Below, one piece after another: positions 11,747 through 23,000 of a DNA stretch of 64,000 nt. Every line of letters starts with the position of its first letter. Positions within the stretch are counted from its first letter, which is position 1. The position numbers were made by a program, and so were the translations under genes. The DNA is from Felis catus (Eukaryota): positions 65,908,001-65,972,000 of the forward strand of contig NC_058368.1 in the NCBI RefSeq assembly GCF_018350175.1, written 5' to 3'. The notes under the pieces are model-generated. The model had not been told where the DNA came from. It saw nothing but the letters and a program-made list of their open reading frames with translations, and searched no databases.

Positions 11747-11852
11747 CGCACATGCTAGCAAAAATAAATAAATAAATAAATACATACATACATACATACA
11801 TACATACATGCAAAAAAGAAATATGGGGCCCATTATTCTGCCTTCTACCAAC
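11066..11852 (-). mobile_element. MaLR solo LTR (MLT1C/D-like) with an inserted SINE
   Basis: Starts TGTATTAGTTTCCCATGGCAGCTGTAACAAA and ends GGGGCCCATTATTCTGCCTTCTACCAAC (antisense MLT1 start); possible TSD AGCAA/AGCCA. Confidence 0.85.
11527..11817 (+). mobile_element. Can-SINE with (CT)n and (TAAA)n/(TACA)n tail
   Basis: Head GGGGCACCTGGGTGGCTCAGTCGGTTAAG; TSD AAATATGGGGCCC on both sides. Confidence 0.95.
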
Positions 11853-12547
11853 AGCCACTTAGAAATCATTTTATTTGTTTCCACAACTTCTTCTTAGTTA
11901 TTTTAAATACTAATTCAAAAGATTAAGTTGTTAAATAAGAAATAATTTCTGTAGTTTTAAAAAATTTTGCAACCAAATTTTGCTGTGTCATCACCCCCAC
12001 TCCAATCTAGAAACACAGCCAGGTACTAAAAAATCTCCACTTCTGACAACCCTAAAGGCTGGCAATCAATCATTCAACAAAATCACACAATTGTAACTTC
12101 ATGTGGGACACTAATACAACAAAATTTAGAAGAAAATCCAGCCATATGCTAAACATTTACACTGTTCTTTAATGACCAATTTCTTGAGGGGGGAAAATTT
12201 TGTGTTAATTTCTTATTCTTATTTTTTAAATCAGTGAAGGAGGTCATACTGACATCCACTTATGTAAAATTATCACTGAACCATTCACTGGAATCCACAA
12301 GATTTTCTATAAGAAAGCTTAACATTGTCAACTTCTTTCCTTTTCCAGTTTACAAAATATTGGCCATTAAAGTTAACCCTGCAATAATATTTTTTTTCCA
12401 TTCAACACTGACATATTTGGGAGGGTGCAGGGAGAAGGTGTGACTAACAGCCAATTTCTGTTATATTCAGAGACATAATTTTTCTTGGACTGGATGAGTG
12501 GTCTCTCTTGACTTTGATATTCTGCTTTTGTTTCATATAAAATAGAA

Positions 12548-12771
12548 CAGTGGCTTTCAACTGGGGCAATTTTGCCCCCCCCCCCTTACAGGGACATTTG
12601 GTAATGTCTAGAGACTTTTTTGGATGTCACAATTTAAAGGATGCCATTTGTGTCATATGGGTAGAGGCCAGGAATGCTACTAAACATCATACCGTGCATA
12701 GGATAGGCCCCTTCTGCAAAGAATGATCTGGCCCAACCTGTCAATATGAGTGCTGTCGTTGAGGGACTTTG
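12548..12771 (+). mobile_element. MER20 hAT MITE, near full length
   Basis: 'cagtggctttcaactggggcaattttgcccccc...gggacatttggtaatgtctagagac...gggtagaggccaggaatgctactaaacatc...gaatgatctggccc...gttgagggactttg' follows the recalled MER20 consensus end to end. Confidence 0.88.
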
Positions 12772-12859
12772 ATGTAAAATGATCTGGGACTTAAGATGGA
12801 GGAATCTCTGTCAGCATTTCGTTAATATAATGAACATAGCATATGTAAAGGAGAATCTT

Positions 12860-13220
12860 CATGCAGTAGTAGGCTTCTCAAACCTCAGATTTCTCTCCTT
12901 CTCCAAACCGGCTCCTACCCCAGTCATCGCTGATTCAGGTAAAGTGCCACCATCTACACTAACCAAGTAGTAATTCTTGAGAGTTCTACCTTCATGATCT
13001 ATCACCAATGCGACCACTGCTTCCCTCACCCTACACAAACATCATATCTTGCCTGGACTCTGTGAAGCCTCCTAACTAGTTTCCTTGTATCCTTTCTTGC
13101 TCTTGGCAATGCATTATTTAGCAGCCAGGTTTTAAAGTTAGTATCAGATCATGTTCTTCCATCCAATGGCTTCTCTTTGCAAGTAGAAGAAAGTCTACAT
13201 TTCTTACCAGAGCATGCCCA
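12860..13220 (+). mobile_element. L2 LINE relic
   Basis: 'catcatatcttgcctggactctgtgaagcctcctaactagtttccttg...tcagatcatgttcttccatccaatggcttctctttgc'. Confidence 0.6.
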
Positions 13221-14386
13221 TCCCTACCAAGAATGAGACAGAATAAATGAGTTAATTGATAAATTGATTTAATTAATAGTTTTGTGGTGTTTCCCCTCCC
13301 CCCATTTTAAGTATTCCAGAACATGTCAGAATAAAGTACAGCTTGCAAGTTTGTTGAGACCCCTTCAAGTATCCAGATATAATTTGTATACTGGCCTTCG
13401 GTTTCCACTTTATGACCCAAGGTGACTCTGCAGAATATCCTCATCTGCCACATTGTTTTCTCTTTTTCCTCTTCCACAGCCAATTCTACTTTTATTTATT
13501 CCCTAACCAAAGATCCTTTGAGATGATTCTTTTAAAATGACTCACGGCAGAAGTTTTCACTTAGCTTTTGAGATTGGATTTGATCATGATAGCCACCACA
13601 TCTTCTATAACTTGTTTTTAGAAGGACTTTATGTTGTCTCACTTATTAATGTAAGACTCCGTGGGGCTAATTCAAATAATTCAGAGTCATGGAAAATTAC
13701 AATCCGTAGATTCTACGCAACTCTTTCTTTTAATCATTATTTATCCCGTGCACTGAGCAAAGAGTGTGTGGTGTGTGTCTGACTTGTTCAATGCTGTGCA
13801 GTGCCTGGAAGATGTGGTCTTTTAGTCAGTATGTGTGGCATGAATGAGATAATAGAGAGAGAGCAGTTAGCGTAGTATGTGACACCCTGGCAGGTGCCCA
13901 ATAAATGATGCATATGGCATGGGAGAGACATCCAAGCTAATCATCTGCCTCCTGCTGGTAATGAGGCCATTTGGGGGGCCCACCAAAGACACAGTTGTGG
14001 AGAAATAGACAAGCTACAGGGAACAGAGGACCACCTCCTTCCCTAGAGAGGGACTCAGTGGAAGAACTGATGGAAGTCTGGTGTCAAAATTAATAACGTC
14101 TTTCTAACAAGGCTCAGGCATTTAATTAAAATTAATTTCGTACCAAAGCTAGTTGCAGCATTGAGGTGCCAGAGGGAAGAGCTGACCAGTAGCGGAGCCT
14201 AGCTGGTGATAAGTGTGGGCATGGAGTACTGCTTGAAGTGACCCCAGAAATCAAACAGCTTGACACAGCTGGAATTAAGACTTAGTGTAGGAAGAGGTAT
14301 GACATTTGGAAGTTTTTTTTTTTTTAAAGTACTCCTTTGCACCCTTTTTATGCAACACTTAAAACTGAGGATCAAATGATTAATTA

Positions 14387-14444
14387 TGTATTATGTATGT
14401 ATGTATATATATATATGTATATGTGTGTATACATATATATGTAC

Positions 14445-14480
<36 letters not shown>
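14387..14480. repeat. (TA)n/(TATG)n compound microsatellite
   Basis: Directly visible. Confidence 0.95.
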
Positions 14481-15777
14481 TAACTTTTAGGGGAGCCATG
14501 TTTTTCCAGTAAAATATACCAGAACCTGAGAAAAACCTCCCTTTTTCATAAGCTACTATAAATCAAGTAATTCTAGTGAGCCTGTATTAAATAATGAAGC
14601 TAAAGAAAATAGCACTTGAAGTTAGCTGTTTTGTTAACAAGCATCACTGTGTCATGACATGATTTCTTTAGGTGAAGTCCACACAGTCTAGCTCTTAGAA
14701 GACCCTCAATAAATTCTTTTTGTTGCCTAGACACGAGAGGGTTCAATATGGATTAATACTTAATTCTCTTAACTTCTTTCCTATCTGAAGGTTTCTTTTT
14801 AACATTCTTCCATTACTGTTGGAATCTGGCAATTGCTCAGTTAGTTGCGAACCATTTCTTTCCCTTTAGTCCGATAAATGCATTTCCCGTTCTTGTCTTA
14901 AAAGAAGGCGAATCCTCTTTCTAGAATTGTCTAGGAAAAGAATATGACTTTCTTTTCTATTCTTTTCTTTTCTGTTTAGGAGATTGTTTCAGTCAAAATC
15001 AGCAAACTGTTTGCTCTCATGCCAATGCCGAATAAAGGACTCTTGTTTAATATTGCTCCATCTTTTATAGGTTCATCATCTTTGGATGTGTTTCTCAGGT
15101 GCATAAACCTTTAGCATTCAGCTCACACATGTCTGAAGTCTAAAGATACTTCTAATGGAGGCTAAACTGTTGGTAGATTTGGATGTTGCCATAAACTTTG
15201 TACTTAGGGTGAGAGCAACATCATCCTGTCCTCAGCATAACATGATGTGGAAATGGGTATATATCTATCTTACTGAAAGAACTATATAGCTAATGATGCA
15301 TTACAGAAATTTGCTTCCAAAGATATTGGAAATATATAAACTAAATAAAACAGCTATGGATTGAATATATTATCGGCATTTAAATTTATGTTAAACTTGC
15401 TAATTGATACATTTAGTAACACATATAAAAAATAATTTTATCATACCAGTAAATATGGAGAATGCCTATTTTATGTATGACCATTACAATTAGATATGGT
15501 GAACTCTGTACTAAGAGAAATTTCAGAAGCTGAAATGCGAAGGAAGAGGCAGAAAACTAGAATGTTAAGTCATGATCCACAGGTATTTGGGGAGTAGCCA
15601 TTATAAATCCACCACAAAAATGATTTTAAGTTACCTCTTCAAAATTTTAAACATTTTACAACAATTTTTGTAAGAAAATCTCATACACATACACACAGTG
15701 AAAAATAATTTTGTGTAATTTTCCAATGTATTTGGCTTTCAAAGTTCTATTTCAAAGAAGCTATGAGGCTTACACAG

Positions 15778-15787
<10 letters not shown>

Positions 15788-15839
<52 letters not shown>

Positions 15840-16061
15840 ATATTTAATATATTATGTTAAATATATATTTATTTTTTTATTTCTATTTATTGATTTTAGA
15901 GAGGTGGGGGGAGGTACAGAGGGAGAGGGGGAGAGAGAGAAAGAGAGAGAGAGAGAGAGGGAGTCTGAAGCAGATTCCACATTCAGCGTGGAGTCGTAAG
16001 ATCATGACCTGAGCCAAAATCAAGAGTCAGACCTGTACCACCTGAGCCACCCAGGCACCCC
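15788..16061 (-). mobile_element. Can-SINE (small internal deletion) with (TA)n(TG)n expansion at its tail
   Basis: Antisense head 'ctgagccacccaggcacccc' ends at 16061; AGACTATAT lies at 15779-15787 and 16063-16071. Confidence 0.9.
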
Positions 16062-16469
16062 AAGACTATATTATTTTTTAACTTCACAAATTAGTATATG
16101 ATAGACTCATAAATCCCTGAAATCTGTGATATGGAATCCACTTCTTAATATTCCCAACATATGCTTCCTTAATTAAGTTTGTCTTTAATGGTCAGTAGCA
16201 ATAAGTAGCACAAGGATAAAGTTATATTTTATCAAATGTACTAGGAGTTCTCCTTTTAATTTTAAAAGAGATATGAATTTAGGGTTTGTAATAATGGAAG
16301 GAGAGACTTCTCTTTTCCTTTCCTTTTTCTTCTGTGATAGAATTCTGGTAGTTGACTGCCTTGGTGGAGACAGAATTGCATGGGGTAGGGATGTTTATAA
16401 ATGAACCTGGACGACTTGAGAAACTGTGGTTTTATTAATAAATAGAAGAGTCAGAAGGTGGAGCTGGTG

Positions 16470-17165
16470 TTAGAGGGAACACTGTAAATCTGGTTTGAGA
16501 AGCAGTAAGTTTTGAAGTTATGCACGAGGCAGATGGGAATGTGAGAGTTTATCTTTGGGCAAGTGTGGATGCCGAAAAAGAAGGATTGGATATTTGTCTT
16601 TAAAAAGTGGTGATTTTGAGAGCTTTGGAATGAATGAGTTTGCAGAGAGGACAAGAAGAAAGATAAAAGAGAAGAGGGGCAGGGCTGGACTCTTAGGGGA
16701 AGAAAATACATTTAGAAGAGGAAGACTTATTATACTAAGAACAGTGGTCCAAGAAGAGAAAGGAAATATGAAAGCTGGTCCAGAGCAGACAAGAAACAAG
16801 ATTCTTTTTTTTAATTGTAATTTAATTTAATTTATTTTTGAGAGAGAGACCAAGAGAGAGCAAGCCAGAGAGGGGCAGAGAGAGAGAAAGACACAGAATG
16901 TGAAGCAGGCTCCAGGCTCTGAGCTGTCAGCACAGAGCCTGACATGGGGCTCAAACCCATGAACTGTGAGATCATGACCTGAGCCGAAGTCAGATGTTCA
17001 ACTGACTGAGCCACCCAGGCATCCCAAGAAACAAGATTCTTAAAAGTTGAAACAAGATGAGTGGTCAAAAAGAAGCAAGAAAGACCAGAAATATATGGAT
17101 CTTAACAAACATGAGGGGGAAGGAATTTCAAGAAGGAAGAGGTAGTCAGTCAACAGTATCAAACC
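16470..17165 (-). mobile_element. L2 LINE relic interrupted by a SINE
   Basis: Purine-rich antisense L2-like sequence, e.g. 'ttggaatgaatgagtttgcagagagga...gaagaggggcagggctggactcttaggggaa' and 'gaatttcaagaaggaagaggtagtcagtcaacagtatcaaa'. Confidence 0.55.
16807..17025 (-). mobile_element. Can-SINE
   Basis: Perfect 16-bp TSD AAGAAACAAGATTCTT at 16791-16806 and 17026-17041. Confidence 0.97.
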
Positions 17166-17803
17166 CGAAAGCTATTTAACCACAAATTATTGACTCACTA
17201 ATTCTGGGTGTAGCAAGCCCATCATTCAATGCTGTGTTGCTGCCCTTTGCTTCCCAGCCACAACCTAGAGAATTTTGGAATAAACTTGAATTTAACTCTA
17301 GTGATGACGCACGTTCATTTTTCCTACTCTGAAGTTCCAAACAAGTGAAGCTGGTGTATGATGTGCTGGTGAGTAAGATCTGCTCTAACAGGCCCTGTTT
17401 CCCTTTGAACTTTGTTTCTCTGGGTTATTAAGCTGTTGTCAGGACATAATTATTTATTTGGAAATATGGTTGTTTACTTAATAATGGACAAAATATTTTA
17501 TGGCTAAAGAAAAGTATCTCTGTCTTCCTTCTTAGCACATGCTGTATAGATATGTTGGTAACAAAGCATCTGGATGACATTGGAAGATAATGGCCAAAGT
17601 TTCACTGGTGCAAAATAGCTTAGGGCCCAGATTGTAAGGTAGATTTAAAGATGGTGGGCTGAAAAACTCCCTATATCAAATTCAACTTGATGTTGGGCTA
17701 AACTGGCATGCAAACTAGTTCTCACTGGCCATCTAGAGTGAATGTCATAAACCTCATGCCTGAGGCAGACTTGGACAGGCTCATTAGAAGTGACACTTCA
17801 TTC

Positions 17804-18019
17804 CATGGGCACCTGGGTGGCTCAGTCGGTTGAGCATCCGACTTTGGCTCAGGTCATGACCTCACAGTTTGTGAGTTCCAACCCTGCTTCCGGCTCTGTG
17901 CTGACAGCTCAGAGCCTGGAGCCTGCTTTGGATTCTGTGTCTCCCTCTCTTGGTCCCGCCGCTGCTCTCACTCTTGTCTATCTCTCTAAAAATTAAACAT
18001 TAAAAAAAATTTTTTTAAG
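17804..18019 (+). mobile_element. Can-SINE
   Basis: Perfect 17-bp TSD GAAGTGACACTTCATTC at 17787-17803 and 18020-18036. Confidence 0.97.
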
Positions 18020-19949
18020 GAAGTGACACTTCATTCTGAAATTTTTATTTCCAGTCTTCTTCCTCAGGGTGTGCAAACCCCTGTGAAATGGTTCCTTATA
18101 TCTACAGCTCATCTCTTACTAGGAAGCTTTCTTTCCAGTGCTTCCAATTTCCCACATTTTCTCCCCTCCCCCACTTCCTTAAAGAAAATCCAAATTCCTT
18201 AGAGAATTTTCTAAGTTTCCCAGTCTTCCCACAGCCTCATCTCCTGTCTTCCTGCTCCTATCTGTCCAACCTGCACTCCTCAGTTTCCAAACCAGACGAC
18301 TTCTGGTATTAAAGCAAAGTAATGATAATCATAGTCAATTTACGGGGAAAGCACAGTGAGGAGACCAAGCACCTGGAGATAAATGGCTGGATGTCTAGAA
18401 GGAGACTTGCTGGATCAAAGGGTACGCAAGTTTCTACAGATTTTACGTTGCCAAATTGCCCTGCAGAATGACTCTATCAATTTACACTCTGCCGACATGG
18501 TTAATGGGCTGTAGTGTAATTGTCTGTTTATCTATCTGTTATCCTCATTAAGCCATAGGCCTTTCAAGGACTTTCTAATCTCTCAATGCCCAGCATCTAG
18601 CATTCAGCCTGGTGCAGACTAGGCACTCATTAACCCGCTTCCCTTCCCTACATCTAAAATCTTTGAAGTCCCATACAATCGGGCTAAGTGATATAATAGA
18701 ATATATGGATGAATGATAAGGCAGAGTGGATGGCACAATGTTCCAGAGTCCTCAAACACAACACATACACAAGCTCCTGTATAAAGTTAACCGTCTATGT
18801 TCTAACCAAAACGTGCATAATGCAGTCTGCATTAATAGATAATTTTAGATAACCCCATGGCAGATACTGCTTGACTTGAATTAATACTGAACACTGAGGC
18901 TGCATAAATGCAGAAGTTCAAGTGTATGGATATTTTAAATGAACATCTTTCAGAATTCAACTATATTAGTAAATTACAGTAACTTCCTGCAGGGTGAAAA
19001 TCTTTGAGAGCATGTTACTATGGTGATTATTTTTAAATGTCATGATTATAGTTTAAGATTATAGATTTCTTCCTGGGACAAAAAAGGTCTCTATAGTCCT
19101 CAAGGAATGTGCTTACTTACATGTACAATCTTTTGGAAAGTTATAAATCAACATTATAATGTTTTTGTTTGATAAACAAAAGTTTATAAAGATCCAAGAT
19201 AATTTACCTAACACATGACTAGAATGATTATCATCTGTAGTTTGAAGAAATGCATATATGGTTACAAAGGATACAAAGATTTAATGAGACATGAGCCACA
19301 GTTGAGCTACATACATTTCATGTATTCAAGAATAGGAATTGAACATATAACAAGAGAAGTTTATGTAGAGTAAGACATTGCCATGGTGGAGATTAAATGC
19401 TGAATTCTTTGGGGAAAAAAAAGAAGAGGAAACATCTCACCTTAGAGCTATTTCCATGTGTCAAGGTCTAGTTGAGGTAATTCCATTCCAAAAGTTCTTC
19501 TAAGGATCCCAACTGGGATGAGGCTCTTAGTTACCTGAGTAATTTAGCTGCACCTCTTCTTACAAGACAAGCGCTTATGGAGCATTTATTGTGCCAAGCA
19601 ACACATGACCAAATGACATGCCAAATGACATGAAATAGGCATGGGCAAATGCTTCATCAAGCTGGTAAAGAACTTTAATGCCTTTTGTTAAAGATTTTGT
19701 ATTTAACAACAATTCAACCCAAGTTCAGTCCATGCTTTACAACTATTTACATATATTTTATGTGTGTATCAATAATCATGAAAATCTTGATTTTAATCAG
19801 TTACACTGTGCTTAATAAATATCTGTTCAATGAGTAAGTGATTGACAAGTAATGAATTCATATATTTATTCACAGAGAGCCAAATTGTTATTTATAAAAC
19901 AATAGATCTAAGCCATAACATGTGACATCCAAAAATGTTTGTCAAGGAG

Positions 19950-20095
19950 ACCACTCTTGATTTTAGCTCAGGTCATGATCCCAGGGTCGTGGGTTCTAGC
20001 CCTACGTTGGGCTCTACACTGAGCATGGAGCCTTCTTGGGACTCATTCTCTCTCTCTCTCTCTCTCTAAAAGAAAACAAACAACAACAACAAAAA
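19950..20095 (+). mobile_element. 5'-truncated older Can-SINE
   Basis: 'actcttgattttagctcaggtcatgatcccagggtcgtgggttctagccc...gagcatggagcc', then (CT)n and an A-rich tail. Confidence 0.88.
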
Positions 20096-23000
20096 ACTTG
20101 GCAAAACCATAGTTGGGGCAAAATTGGGAGAGGAACAAAATGGTTAAGAAAGATGTTTACAGAAAATAATAATTTTGTTAATGGTATGACTTTGAACAAG
20201 AACACGGATACAAATTGTGTCTCTGCAGTGTATTCTCTATTTGTCATTACTGGCTATCTCTGTGTAATGAGAAAAATGATTTTTTGGTTCTAATATTTTT
20301 AACGTAGGGATACCTACCAACTAAGACACACCTTACACATTTAAGCCTCCTCACTGGTAAAATTTAACAAATCATTAATTAATGATTAATTAATTAATAA
20401 GTTATGCAATCCGAGTTAATATTTAGAATAGCACTTTTCTTATGTTGTCACTGGAATTGTAGCGGTGTAGGAATACAAAGGAATTTTTTTAAAGTGTAAA
20501 ATAATAGCAAATGTGAATCACCATAATATTATTATAGAGACGTAACAGAAGTACTTAATTGGACAAGTTGAGGAAAAGATAGAAAGGTGACAGTAAGCAG
20601 TAAATAAAATGAAAAAACAAAAGTAACCCACCTGCATGTATCAAGAGATGACATTTTTGCAAATGATGCAGCTGGTATATACATATTCCTAGTCCGGTTG
20701 GATTTTAGTCATAAGAAAATACAAAGAAACCTTTTTTTTTTTTTTTTTTTTGCATTTACGAGAACATGTAAAAGCCTTCTGCATAGTTACTTTAATTGGA
20801 ATGTTATTGAAATAGCTATCAGTACATTCTTACAGAATGAATAAAATATTGAATTTAACTGAAATGGAAATCATGGTTAGCCAAAATTTGGGAGTTTTAA
20901 ATTGGCAAAAGTGTTGCCAACTGTTAGCATCAACACATTTTACTCTAACTGGCTTTTAGAGTGTGGTCTTGTTTTGGGTTTCAGACTGTGTGGTTAGAAT
21001 AATTGGAAGATCGACTGGAGTGGCCACGATCCTGTTGTGGAAAAGGCAAAATAGCTAAGCTCAAATACTAAGAAATTAAGAAGAGCTTGAAAAAGCAGTG
21101 GTGGTTTGCAAAGGATTGCCTAAATTGCGTTATTGCTAGGGAGCACATGCCAAGTAGCCCTTCCCAGTGGGAACTCTGGTTGTTTCACACCCTGTTAAGT
21201 TTTGCAACATAAAAGCCACTTGGAGAGTATAAGGGTTGAGGTGAAAAAACTTTTATTCTGACCTTGAAATGTTTGGCTATCCTGATGCATCATACAAAGT
21301 CTGACCCTTTCTGTCTTGTTCTGAGTGATGGCTAGCAGAACCAAGGTGAAGTAGACCACCCATTAAAATCGAAACTGAGATCTCTTTCATTGCATGGTTC
21401 TATTTGATTTCCAGCTCTAACACTGATTGACAGGCGTGAGATGACGGTTGTAGATTAGTTTGATATGCATATATCGCCATTTTGAGCTTCTCTCTCATCA
21501 TTGATTTTTTTTTTGTTCCTTTTATCTAGTTTTATCCCAGTACTATTTCACAAATAAAATTTGATCATATATTGGAAATTTGCTCCTCAAACTTCAATTC
21601 TAGTTAGACCATTATATTATCTGAGAAAGCAGAATTTGATTAATTTTAAATTATATTTGGTTTTGCTGTATGCAGAATACAGGTTTTGAACCGAACTTAA
21701 CTACGTTAAAAATTTTTGAACCACTGAAGCACATTTTAAATTAATTGCCTATGTAATTTTTGTATATTGGCATGTCACATGATTCCCTTCTTGTTTCAAC
21801 TCAAGAAAAATAAGAATGTGTGTTTCCAAAGAAGAGTCCAAATGTAAGTAAATATATATCTTTAAATACTGGTTATCTGTTCAGAGATCAGATACCACAA
21901 ATAACATGTTCTAAAATTATGCAATCATATTTTTAAACACAGTAAACACAAGGAATGCCATGCATAATCTGAAAATTATCTGCCTTCAAATACACTCATT
22001 TGAGTCACTAAATATAATTGTAATTTTTTTTTAATTTTTAAGTTGACAATAACCTGAGAACACCAAAGTGAATAGTAAATACAATAATAACTGTAATTTA
22101 GCTTGAATAAATGCAATTAAGGGTGATCAACCTAACAGTTGGTTAGTAGGTTTGGATTTATGTATGTATCTCAAAAAATATTCTTAACGCTTAATGAGTC
22201 AAATTGTCATGAATTAATTAATAGGGAACTAGAGAATCAGAGAAGGAAAGTTGGTGAACACAGAGATTACATCCACTGGAATTACTCATGACTTTGAATT
22301 TGAGATGATTCTCTCATGTGCTATATGGGATCTGCCTTTGAATACCTCACTGACACTGATACTTCTTTTCAGTGAAGAGAACTATATTGACCTTAGGAGT
22401 AAAGGGATAATTTGGGGAAAATCATAGCAACACTTCAGTGATCTTTCTAATATACTTTTCATTTTTATGAAAGAGCCTCTGTGGGAAATTGGTGACCGCC
22501 TGATATGATTCCTGAACCTTTCGTTTCCAAAATGATACAATCTCACTGAATTTATGAAAGATGGGGTCACAAAGCCAGATATAATTTTAGGCTTAATAAT
22601 CAGTTTAGGTTCCTCAGAGTGTAGAACTGGGAAATCCCAATTGATTTTAAAGGTAGCAAGCTTTTCTGTCTAAAACTAATCACGTAACTGGCCCATTAGT
22701 GAATCTAACTAGGTCTAGCTACTAAGATTATCGCCAGGACATCCTGATGGTGAGTTATGGCTCATGGTCAACAGTGCCGCACAATTCCTATTACCTGTTT
22801 AAAGCAATTGGCACTAAAACAAAAGCAACAAAGTCTTAAAATATCTTATATCTTGTTTGTCAGTCCTACAAAGTTCTTTTTGGTTTTATGTTCCTTTGTT
22901 TCAGTTACTTCAGTATCAACTGAACAATGGTACTGACGAGAGAAGTCAACAGCAATAGTGCATGATTTTTGGATAGCTGTTTCCAAGTTGAGGGCACTTT

